A program made the position numbers and the translations under genes. A DNA stretch of 63,200 nucleotides, counting the filler, from Reclinomonas americana ATCC 50394 (taxonomy: Eukaryota), in assembly GCA_048213135.1 (NCBI GenBank). It is 13 parts of 13 records of this genome, joined end to end, with 100 filler letters (N's around TTAATTAATTAA, not from the genome) between each part and the next. Parts side by side here need not be neighbours in the genome. Positions count along the whole stretch, not along the records: positions 50,386 to 59,462 come from AFZH01022385.1; positions 59,563 to 63,200 come from AFZH01022386.1; 11 more parts are not named here. The stretch is one strand, 5' to 3'. The notes beneath the pieces are model-generated. The model worked only from the letters and a program-made list of their open reading frames with translations. It ran no database searches and was not told the DNA's origin. How positions within the stretch are numbered: the first letter of the stretch is position 1; each line of letters begins with the position of its first letter. This document shows positions 50,935 through 63,200 of the stretch, piece by piece.

Positions 50935-53476
50935 ACGCCGGTCTTGCCGACCTGGAATCCCGCGTCGCCGTCACCTGCGAGCGGTGAGCTCTTTGCCGTC
51001 CCCCGCCGCTTTCTTCCTCTCATCGCTCACCTTTCTCCTTTTCCCTTCTCACAGTCTCCAGTCGGATGTCACTCGACGCCTGGCCGAGGAGGCGCAGAAC
51101 CGCGTCAAGCTCACCGCGGAGATTGCGCAGCAGGTCGCCAAGATCGAGGAGGCTCGGTTGAAGAACGAGCTCGAACTCACGCTGCAGATCAAGGAGATGG
51201 AGGTCTGTGCTCACTCATTGCGCTGTCTTTCCAAGCAACACACGCTCCGCCCGCTGATCCTGCACCCTTTACTCACCCACTGCTCGTCTTTGCACTGTTC
51301 ACCCTTGCTGTTTACTGGTGTCACTCTTCACGCTTCTCTTGTTGCGCTCAGTCATCGCTTCTTCACTCTCATCCGCTGCCTCGCCTCACTTCTTGCGCCA
51401 TCTTGTGTCTCACCTCTTTCCTTTCACCATTCCCCACTGTCAACCTCATTTCACCATTCCGTTCACCTTGCATTTCTCACCCATCTCGCCTTCTCATTTC
51501 CCATCCTTCGCCCACCCTCACCCCCTTCCGTCTTCCGCCCTTCTCCCCCTTCTCCCCCTTCTCCCCCTTCCCCCTTCCCCCTTTCCCCTCGCCCCCCTCA
51601 CCCCTTCCCCTCACCTCCTTTCCCCCCACTTCCCCCTTCCACCAGGTCTCCTTCAAACTCGAGATCCTCGACAACTTCAAGGAACTGGAGAGCAAACTCT
51701 TTATCGAACTGGAGGACGTGCGCAGCCAGCTTACTAATGGTGGCGCCAACGGTGGCAGCCGCCGCCAGACCCCGCGCAACAAGAGCGCCCCCTACGGCAC
51801 CGATTCGAACGCCTCGTCCCCGCAATCCTCCTCCCTGCCGCCCGTACCGGCACCACCACCACCACCGACCATGAATGGCGGCGGTGACAGCGGCGCCTCG
51901 TCGGGCAGCATGGAGGCGTTGCGATCGGATTTGTACGCGCGTATCGCCAGCTGGCACGACGACTTGTCGCGCCGCCTCACCGATCTGGAGCGTCGCTCCG
52001 GTGCGGTGACGCAGGAGGCCGAGGCTGCACGCGTGGAGCGCGCCAAGATCTTTGAGGAGCTGTCGGGTCAGGCGTCGTCGGTCGCCGAGTTGCTGGAGGG
52101 CGAGGAGCGCGCGCGGTTGCAGGCGTTGGTGAGTTTTCTTGTTTGGTGTGTCTCGTTTTGGGTGCAAGAGTCTCACTGTGTCGCACAGAGCCAACTGGAG
52201 GGTCTGCTGCGACGCGAGGAGGCCGATCGTCGTCTCGAGGCACAGGAGATCAAGACGAGTGTGGATACCAATCGGCGCGTGTTGGAGGCCGCCATGAAGG
52301 TGGTGGTGGAGAATCAAAAGTCGGTGGATGGAGTTGCGTGGAATAGCACGAAATGAGCGAGAGGGGGGAACAGCAAAAGTGCGAGAGGAGGAGTACACAA
52401 TGATGAATAGAGCAGCGAGAACACTCAGCCATAATCCACCACAAGAGAGAAGAGAGAGACAGTGTGCAAGAGAGGGAAAGCGATTCGATGACACAGTCAG
52501 ACGATCGATATTAACAGCGAGATTATAGGAAGACTGGAGACTAGCATCGCTTCGCACTGGTCTTCTGACTCGATCTCTGTGCAGTCGCAACGAACGGAGA
52601 TTCAGCAGCTGACGAACCGCCTGTCGGAGATTGATCGCGTGCTGCGAGTGATTGTGGATGATGTGAGTCATGGTGGAAGGGAACTCTTCCGCACTCTTTC
52701 TCTCGCTGTGTGCCTGTCTGTCTGTCTGTCTGTCTCTCTCTCTTTCTATTTTTCTCTCTTTTTGTCTGTCTGTTTCACTCTCTCTTCTCTCTCTTCCTTT
52801 GTCCTTGTCCATTTCGTACGCGCGCAATGAGTCCTCGTCTCTCTTCGCCACTCACTCTCTCCCTCCCCTCTGGAAGGAATTCAATGCTTCTTCTCAGTCT
52901 TTTGCAAGCGAGCGCTGCACCTCCTTTCCCATGCAATTGCATGTGTGTCTTGCGTGTGCTCTGATGCACCTCTGGCTTTATTCACACATACCACTTGCTA
53001 CAGTCGCCGGGTACATGTCGTTGTCGAGTGTGTCTGCGTTCACGCGTATCCCTGCTCTTTGCACATCCGTGAATTCGTTTCTGTTGCTTTTCTGTGCATT
53101 TGCATCGTCGCACCTTAAAAGTTCACACGCAAATCTTGCTCTTTCATTCTTGTATGCTTTTGCAATGGGCGCCTCTGTTAGTTTTTCATTTGCCACGCGC
53201 CCTTTTGCTCTTTCATCACTGTCTCTTGCTACTGTGCGTTCTGTTGCTGCTGTTTGCTCTCCTGGGAACAGCATTGTTACACCGTTCATGTGACACAATT
53301 TACTGATTCCTTATCTGCAGATCGACACTGCCCGCACGGACATGTTCGCCGCGAGTGGCAGCGGCACTCCCAGCGGCACAGATGCCGGCACAGCACGCAA
53401 GGAGGAACCGCTGTTTACGCGCATGGCTCGCCAGGTGGAGGTGCAGCGAGTCGCTCTGCAGCGCATTGTGCAGGAG
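50935..53476 (+). CDS. Internal exons of a coiled-coil protein of unknown function
   Basis: In-phase exons (LQSDVTRRLAEEAQNRVKLTAEI.., VSFKLEILDNFKELESKL.., SQRTEIQQLTNRLSEID.., IDTART..RIVQE) with heptad character. Confidence 0.65.
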
Positions 53477-53760
53477 GTGAGTGGGTCGGCAAGGTGTTCT
53501 TTATCTGTTCACGCCTGTCTTCCATCCTCTCTTTCCCTCTTTCCCTCTTCCCTCTTCCCCCCTTCCCTCTTCCCCCCTTCCCTCTTCCCCCCTTCCCTCT
53601 TCCCCCTTCCCTCTTCCCCCCTTCCGTCTTCCCCCCTTCCGTCTTCCCCCTTCCGTCTTCCCCCTTCCGTCTTCCCCCCTCCGTCTCTCCCTTCCGTCTT
53701 CCTCTTCCCCCCTTCCGTCTTCTCCCCTTCCCTGTGTCTCACCTTGTCCTTTTTATGCAG

Positions 53761-56231
53761 ACGCTCTGTCATCCGCCCGGATGCTCATGAGCTTGCTCGA
53801 CGGTTTGCATTCACCCACTTGCAGCACCTTTCACTTCCACCCTCGTCTGACCCTCTCTCTCTCTCTCCTATTGTTCACTCGCAGATCTCCTCGCCTTCAT
53901 GAAGCAGCGACGGAAAAGCATCGTGCTGTCACCGGTTCCCACGCGCCTCATGGCCGTCGCCGAGTCGTGTGTGCGCAAGCTGCGGCGCATGGCCGACAGG
54001 TGCGGACGGCGACGATGTGTATTTCTCTGCACAGATTTGCAACTCACACACCACACAGCGAGGGTCTGACGATGGCTCTGGAAACGAGTCGCGCCGTTCG
54101 CAGTGAAGACTTGCGACGGCGCCGCGTGCTACTCGATCCGCTGCGCGTCTCCCAGTGTGTCTCCAACTTGCTGAGCAATGCCATCAAGGTCGGAGAACTC
54201 GCGCCATCTGCGATCACACTTCAACGTCTGTGCCCTGACACTCTCTCTTTCGTTGTGCAGTTTACTCGTCACGGAGAAGTCACACTACAGGTCGAGGTCA
54301 CCGAACGAAGGCCGATGGAGTCTCCGCCACCGGGTGTCTATGGAGGTGCGCTGAATTCATCCCTCTTTGAATCGTCCTCCGTCCCTCACCCTATTCTTCA
54401 CGCAGCACCACGCTACGAATACGTGCCACTGGAGGCCGTTCCTGCACACGACGACGCCGCGGATGACGAAAACGGTGCTTCCGGCGGCAGCAGCAGCAGC
54501 AGCAGCACCGGCGACAGTGAGCCGGCCTCCATCCTCGTCCGCACTCCCTCGCAGCAACAAATGCTGCTGCTGCAGCGGCAACGGCAGCAGCGATTCTGGG
54601 TGCTGTTCACGGTTGTCGACACGGGTATCGGCATATCACCGGAGCACATGGGACGCATTTCCGAACCGTTCTTCCAAGTGCGGGAGAAGGAGTCCCGCTA
54701 CTCCGGCACTGGTACGTAGCTCTCCTTCCCTTGCCTTTCTCCCCCTTCTTTCTCGCTCTCATGCACTCAAATCGGCGATTGCAGGTCTCGGTCTGTCTCT
54801 TGTACGCGAAATGGTGCGCAACCTCTTCGACGGCGACATGTGGTACTCGAGCGAAGTGGGCGTGGGTTCGCGCTTCTCCATCACCGTGCCGTACATGCTC
54901 TGGTACGTCGTCGCTCCTTGCTGGTCCTTCAATGGCAGCTTCTCATCGCTTCGTCTCCACAGCGCGGACAAGTCCTCCTCACCGCTGGCGTCGTCGCCGG
55001 TCGACAGCATCAACACAGCTATGCTGATCGAGTCGCCGGTGGCATCGCTGCCGACGGCCATTGTCGGACTGGAACGCAAGGCGTCCGAGCGTTCAGGCAA
55101 GTCCATCTCCTGCATTCATGAACGGAACACCGCGCTCACTTCTCCGCGCGCAGTGTACCGACGACACTCGACGCCAGCGGCACTGTACAGCCCTCCAGTT
55201 AGCCACGGTTCGATTGACTCGGTGGCCTCGGCATTCACCACGGGCGCGAGTAGCACAAGTTTCAGCTCGGGGTCGCCTGCCGACAGCGACTCTACGAGCA
55301 CCGACACTCGGCGCCACACTCTCACCGGCTCGGTGCTGATGGGCACTCTTTCGCCGCCGCCGCCGGCGGATTGCGGCAGCGATGCGTCGTCGGTCGGGGC
55401 GAGTGTGGGGGCGGTGAGTCGTGCGGATTCGGCGTCGCACAGTGCTCCGTCGCCCCGCCCGGTGGCGGTGCTCGAGTCCGACGCAGACGACGCCATGACG
55501 GCAGCAGTGCGGTGTGTGGTGGTCGAGGACAACAATCTGGTCAGCCGCACGCTGTGTCGCATGGTGCAGGGTCATCCCACCGTGCAAGTCACCGTCACCG
55601 AGACCTTTGTGAATGGAGTTTCGTGTGCTGTGCGCCACTCTGTCGCTCCCGCTTATCATCTCACGTTGCCGCCGCAGAAATTGTTCCTGGACTGGATGGA
55701 GGAGCGCGTGAGGAATGAACCGGAGGCGTTGCCGGAGCTCGTGTTCATCGGTTTGTGTTCACCCGTTTCGTTTTTCCCTGAAGCACTCTCTGAATCCACG
55801 CTCGACGCAGACCACAACATGCCGGTGATGACGGGCGAGGAGGCTCTCCGCAATCTCCGCGATCTGTTTGTGCAACACGACGTGCAGTCGCACTTGCGGC
55901 CGATCATTGTCGGCATGTCTGGTGAGTGAGATTCCCTTCCCTCATCGTCGCACGCATCTTTCGTTTTGAACAACTCATCATTCTCTCCTCTGTAGGCGAC
56001 AACATGAAGGAACCATGGGGTTCGGTGGTGCATCACGTGCGCATCAAGCCTCTCGTCAAGGCCGACGTGCACAATTTGGTGCTGGAAACAGCCGTCCGAC
56101 GGTACAGCTCGGCCGCCTCGTCGCCCGCTGTCTCACCCTCGGCACGAAGACGGCCGGCAGACACGCCATTTGCCGTTGAAGCTGCCGCCACAACTACTAC
56201 TACTACTACTACTGCTGCTGCGGACCAGTGA
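53761..56231 (+). CDS. Hybrid sensor histidine kinase, C-terminal part (end of HisKA, HATPase, receiver)
   Basis: SSARMLMSLLD/DLL, N-box LRVSQCVSNLLSNAIK/FT, G1 VDTGIGIS, F-box EPFFQV, G2 GT/GLGLSLVR, receiver VVVEDN..VFI/DHNMPVMTG..IVGMS..KP. The H-box exon is not found. Confidence 0.88.
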
Positions 56232-56293
56232 GCGCGGCGGCGGCGACATTGAGAGGCGGGGAAAACCATAGACATAAACCATAAACACCCTGT

Positions 56294-57780
56294 TTAATGC
56301 TTTGATCTTCTCGAGGCTGTGGCAACGATGCCAGTGAGTGACGAGAGCAGGGGCGAGAGACAGTGGTGTGTATTCTCACCGTTTAGGTAGGCACGGATAC
56401 GAGGAATGGCACCGAATCGCTGATGGAAGGAGGCCAGCGCCGGGTACGAGTGTTGCCATGTGGTGGACGAGCCGCTCTGCAAGTCGAGCAGCTGGTCGAG
56501 AAAATCGAACGCCACCACGTCCGGAAACGTGACACGCTCCGTGTTGGAGAACAGGTACGTCTTGCCGCCGAGTTGCCGTTCCAGTGAGCGAAAGTACGCC
56601 GCGCAACTCTCCGTCACGAATCGATCGACCTTGTACGATGTCGACATGCGTGACGGTGAGTACCTGCGTGTGTGCGCGCGCACACAGCGAGTGAGCAACG
56701 AAAACGTCGTGGGGAGGAGAGCATGTTGGAGGAGATGCGCACTTTAAAGCAAACAACTCCGCACGCATGTCGTTGAGCCCGTTGACCAGCTGCAGCGCCG
56801 TGGCCATCACCAGCGGACCGCCATCGGGATTCATCTCAAACACGTCCGCCACGTACTGCCCTCACCCCCCACCACAGGTGAGCACAAAAAACGCACTTCC
56901 ACATTGCACCCCACACACGCACCAATAACACAGCCATGGCGTACGACATGCACAAATCACGATCGACCTCCAGCACCGGCAGCCGCTGAAACGGGAACTC
57001 TTCCCGCGACTGCTCCCACTCCGCCTGCTCCACCGTGGAGTCCTCTGCATCGCTCATCGCCATCAGCGCATAGATACACACGGACTGTGTAGATGAGAGA
57101 ACAAACACAAGACCGTAGAAGAAGCCGGCAAGCTCCAACGCCAATCGCACGACCTCGGCCTCGCCCTTGATTCCCTTCCACGAGTACAGCTTGAGAGTAT
57201 CCGGTCGCCGAGGTCGCGCACTCACCGCACCGACACTAGAAGCACTTGCAGAAGCAGCTGTCCGCGCACTCTGATGACTTGCACTTGTCGCATACAGCTC
57301 CCGATGCACAGTGTCCACAAACGCGACAAAATCGATCCTCCCTTCGTGAAACAGCTGCGCGAAAAGCGTGTGTGAGAGAGAACGCGATCTGTGTGGCTCT
57401 TCTCTGTGAGTAACTGTGAGTCCCCACTGCTGCAACACTGCGACACCGGCGAGCATGTCTGCGCGCAATTGCCTGTCACTCTCCTCTGTGAGCCGCTCAG
57501 TCACTGCAGCGATCATATCGTCGACCAGTGCTGCGCAGTCATCGCGACTCAGATGCGCATGTATGTGAGTGTCACAACGCCTGCACGCGAGTGTCAGTGT
57601 CAGACAGTGTGAGAGACTGTGTGACTGTGAGTTCTCGCACCGGTCCCACAGTGCGCGCAATTCGCGATCTCGCAGGCGCAGTGAGTGGTGTTGTCGCAAG
57701 GCGGAGAGAAGGCGAGTGCAGATGGCGGGTGGAGGCTCAGAGGAAGAGGAGGAGGCAGACGATGATTCTCCCGCGCCCAT
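56294..57780 (-). CDS. Glutathione S-transferase (sigma/mu-like) with an N-terminal myristoylation motif and a helical, EF-hand-like extension
   Basis: MGAGESS..; LKLYSWKGIKGEAEVVRLALELAG, EFPFQRLPVLEVD, YLFSNTERVTFPDVVAFDFLD, YPALASFHQRF..IRAYL. Confidence 0.75.
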
Positions 57781-57920
57781 CTTCGAAACTCGAACAAATC
57801 GACGAGAGGACGAGGACGCGCACTGCTCAAGTGAAGTCGAGGTGCGAGCCAAACACAGCGGCAACCATGTAGACACCTTCGCCCTGCGACGTCGACCCTT
57901 TCTTCCCTCGCCTGCGTTCA

Positions 57921-60004
<2,084 letters not shown>

Positions 60005-60136
60005 GATGATAATGATGGATACAAAACAACGAGAAAAGTGAGAGAAAGAGAAGGAGAACAGGCGCGGCAGGTGTCGCACGTCGAAGGAGCCATTGTAGAG
60101 GGAGGTTGTTTTTTGCGTTTTTCGTGGTGTGGTTGT

Positions 60137-63070
60137 TTAGAGGGCTGGAGTGCCAATGGCGACCCACGTGACGTACGTCTCGGCCACGCCAGCACCGCTG
60201 CTCGGGGTGATGGTGAGTGTGGTCCAGGTGTTCGGCACGGGGCTGCTCGGGGTGGATGGCACGCCGTTGGCGGCCAGCACAGACGGGTTGTTGGCCAGCG
60301 CCGCAGTCGACGATGTCTTCCAGCCGCGCAGGAAGAGCGCGTAGGAGAACGTGCTCTTCGACAGGCCGAAGGGAGCGACTGAAGTGATCAGCGAGACCGA
60401 CACGGCCTCGTTGCCCGTGTGCGTTGTCTCTGTGGCGGGTCAACAAACATACGTGAGCCACACCGCGCACATCACTGCCTTGCACGCGCATCACTCACCG
60501 CCCGACAGCATGACGTAATCGCCAATGCTACCATCGGTAGCGGCGGCGGCAATGGCGACACCGCGCAAGGTCAATTTCTGGACACGGGCGTCGCCGCGCA
60601 CCGTCATGTTGATTGTCGTCGAGGTCTCCGTGCGGCGGCCGACGCTGACCTCAAGGTTGTCGCTTCGCACGTCGCTGTTGCTGGAGCCGAAACGATCAGT
60701 GGCCACGCCCATCAGCGCAATGGCAACATTCGGCGGTGACTTGAAGTTGGCTCCCGTCGGCAGAATGTACACCTGCTCGACGAGTTAGACAAAAGACGAG
60801 AGAGACATAATAATGAAAAGTGGGAGAGACAACGAAACGCTGCTGAAGTCCTTGTTGGTGATCAGCGAGCGCCAATCCAGAGTGCCAGTCAGACCCGAGG
60901 TCTGCACGGCGACCACGGGCCTCCTCGTCACGTCGACGTTGAAGGCCATGTAGTCTGGTGCACCGAGAACGTAAGAATCACGAATCGTCCTGCCACACAC
61001 ACACAGACGGAGATGGTCGGTCACGCACTGACGATCACACTGCTCAGGTGCGAGGTGCCGAATGCGGAGCAGCGCGTCGACAAGCCGATCGTGGAGACCG
61101 ACGGCAGACTGCAGGCGATCAACGTGTCGCTGACGTCGGTGTTTTGCAACGCCGACAGGCCAATGAGGACGCGCGGAACAGCGTTGAACGGTCGCGGGAA
61201 AGAGAACGAGATGACGGCGGAACGAATGCCAGAGCCCGTGCTTAGCTGCCGAAGACGAGAATAAAAAGCACAATGTCAGTGCAAAAACGACTCATTCGAG
61301 CACCTCACACACACGACGCAACTGTGCTGCCAGCTTGGTTGGCAGCTGCGGAGGAGGCCACCGTCAGCAGGCCGGCGGTGAAGCTGTCGCCAGGCACCGA
61401 TGTGTATGCGCCGCCCGGCTGCGTGGTGACGCACAGCACAGAGTTACTGGCCTGCGAGGCCTTCACGGAGATCTTGTACGACGCGCAGCCAGTGCTTGAT
61501 CCGCAACCCACAGCGTCAAAGACGCCAGCCTGGTACAGAGTCAACGACAAGGCTGCCGGCATCACAACAGGTAAGCGAAACAGGCGAAGGCGAGGGAAGA
61601 AGACACAACGGGCAACGCAACCAGATGTGTTGGCAGTCGCGCACGTCTGGCCAAACTCCACAAACTTGAAGCGAGAGCAAGTGGTGAAGGCGTGATTGAG
61701 CGACGACAGCGTCACGGTGGTATCGAGGCCAACAGGGAAGTTGAGCGGGGTGGCGAAGCCGACAGTCGGGTCGATGGGTGGCGTAATGGTCAACTGCGCA
61801 CCGATTTGAATGTACGAGCCGTCTTGGAAGCTGCAGTGGATACTCAGTACTTATTGCTTGCTATACCCCTCCCCTCTAACTGGCTATGTACGTACACACC
61901 GTCCGCAAATGTTGTAGGTGGCTACCGCGTCAAAGGTGCACGAATCTGCGCTCACAATGGCAGTGTTCACGTTGAGGACCAGGCGATCGGATGTCGATGA
62001 AGTGTTCACCGGCTCCAGTGCCTCCGAGCGGGTGGCGATAGTCGTGCACGTCGTCGAAGACGAAGTCAGGAAGAAGGCCGTGGCTGCGCCTCCGGGAGCC
62101 AGCGGGAAGAAACCTTCGGCGGCGGTCGAGTCGACCAGGATAAAGTTGACGCCGGAGAGGGTCAACTGCGCACTGTTCGGTCCCAGACCCTGCGGCAGAG
62201 ACGCCGGCGTGACCTTGTTAACGTTGACTGCGCGCGGTGCAAGAGTCGATCGTTAGGAGAGAGTGCAGAAGAGGAGAAGGAGAAAGGAGAAAGAAAGAAA
62301 CGCAACAAATGTACACCGTGGCCAAAAAGTACGTCGTCGACGGTCCAGCACCGTCCGGATCAACGCACAAGAAGCGGGCGACCGGCACAGTTTCGAGCGT
62401 GGTGTCGAAAGTGATGGTGATCTTGCTGGTGGTGGTCGTCAGGCTGGAGATGACCGTGTTGGTGGTGCCTGAGCAATCTTGTGCGCCATGCACAGTAATC
62501 GCAGGTGTCGTCAACAAAATACCAGCGCCGGCGTTGATAATGACTTGCTGGTTGGCAAGCTGCGTGCGAATGGCCACGCGACTGATCAACGGACCCACAT
62601 CTGCGAGTGGGAGAGAGACAGAGAGCGCGCGAGTGAGACGACTTGTCGATTGTGTCTCCCACGATGGAGAAGAAAACGAACCGTTCACAGCGGTGAGCTG
62701 GGCATTGGTGCCGGCCTTGATGACGTTGGGGATGTCGACAAAGCGGACGCTGCATGTCATTCAACTGAAATCAGCTTCTTTCTCCTTCCAGCATCCACCC
62801 TCCATGCTCCTCCTACGCACCACACCGAGTACTTGGAGTTCAACATGGCGGTATCAGGTGCCCTGGCCACCAGCAGCTGGAGACCACCGGCCGGTCCCGT
62901 GGCAGACACTGTTGCCATGGGGTACGTGGCGACGCCACTCAGGCCGCACTGGGTCGAGATTTCCAGCTGCACAGCGTCAGTGGACTTCAAGCCGTAGCCG
63001 GTGATGGTGATGCTCTGGTTGGCGGTGGCCGCCAGGATCTTGAACGGCAGGAAGCTGGCAATCGAGGGGA
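60137..63070 (-). CDS. 3' part of a large secreted or surface protein with Cys-containing beta-rich repeats and C-terminal H-type-lectin-like domains
   Basis: Repeats of the form ..C.....LC.. followed by ISFSFPRPFNAVPRVLIGLSAL..V/NYMAF, FKSPPNVAIALMGV and ..VTWVAIG, which resemble H_lectin domains. In-phase exon chain. Confidence 0.6.
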
Positions 63071-63081
63071 CTGCGCGGGAG

Positions 63082-63200
63082 AAGGAAAGAGGGGTAAAGA
63101 GGGGAAGGGGTAAGAGGGGAAGGGGTAAGAGGGGAAGGGAGAGAGGAAGGGTAAGAGGGGAAGGGGTAAGAGGGGAAGGGGTAAGAGGGGAAGGGGTAAG
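63082..63200. repeat. Intronic 15-bp G-rich repeat GGGGTAAGAGGGGAA
   Basis: About 7 copies upstream of the acceptor of the last gene (pyrimidine-rich on the sense strand). Confidence 0.85.

Noticed and set aside
63082..63200. G-rich terminal repeat as a telomere
   Set aside because: It is a 15-bp unit inside an intron of a gene that continues beyond the window, and it resembles other intronic purine tracts.

Overview
This is a eukaryotic (protist-like) scaffold window: GC-rich, gene-dense and intron-rich. It contains 12 artificial 100-nt gap linkers (N44-TTAATTAATTAA-N44). Several genes (Nek, PHF5A, importin-4, ADP-ribosylglycohydrolase, NPRL2, PRMT5-like) continue across these linkers, so the scaffolding looks largely real. 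About 23 spliced genes can be rebuilt by hand: NEK1-like kinase, kinesin-5, an alpha/beta hydrolase, PWWP and TFIIS fragments, an aldo-keto reductase, PHF5A, importin-4, two beta-propeller/WD40 proteins, an ADP-ribosylglycohydrolase, an STMP1-like microprotein, NPRL2, 3-hydroxybutyryl-CoA dehydrogenase, an ependymin-like protein, a hybrid histidine kinase, a GST fusion, a PRMT5-like enzyme and an H-type-lectin protein, among others. The main discovery is in the splice signals. About 33 of roughly 110 manually inferred introns begin with a +1-shifted donor, GTTGCGT (variants GTTGAGT, GTTTCGT, GTTACGA, GTTCTGT), which has G at +6 instead of +5. About 31 of these 33 follow an exon that does not end in G, while G-ending exons almost always use the ordinary GTGMGT-type donor. 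This suggests a second, context-dependent mode of 5' splice-site recognition used at large scale. All gene models and counts are manual and have no transcript support.
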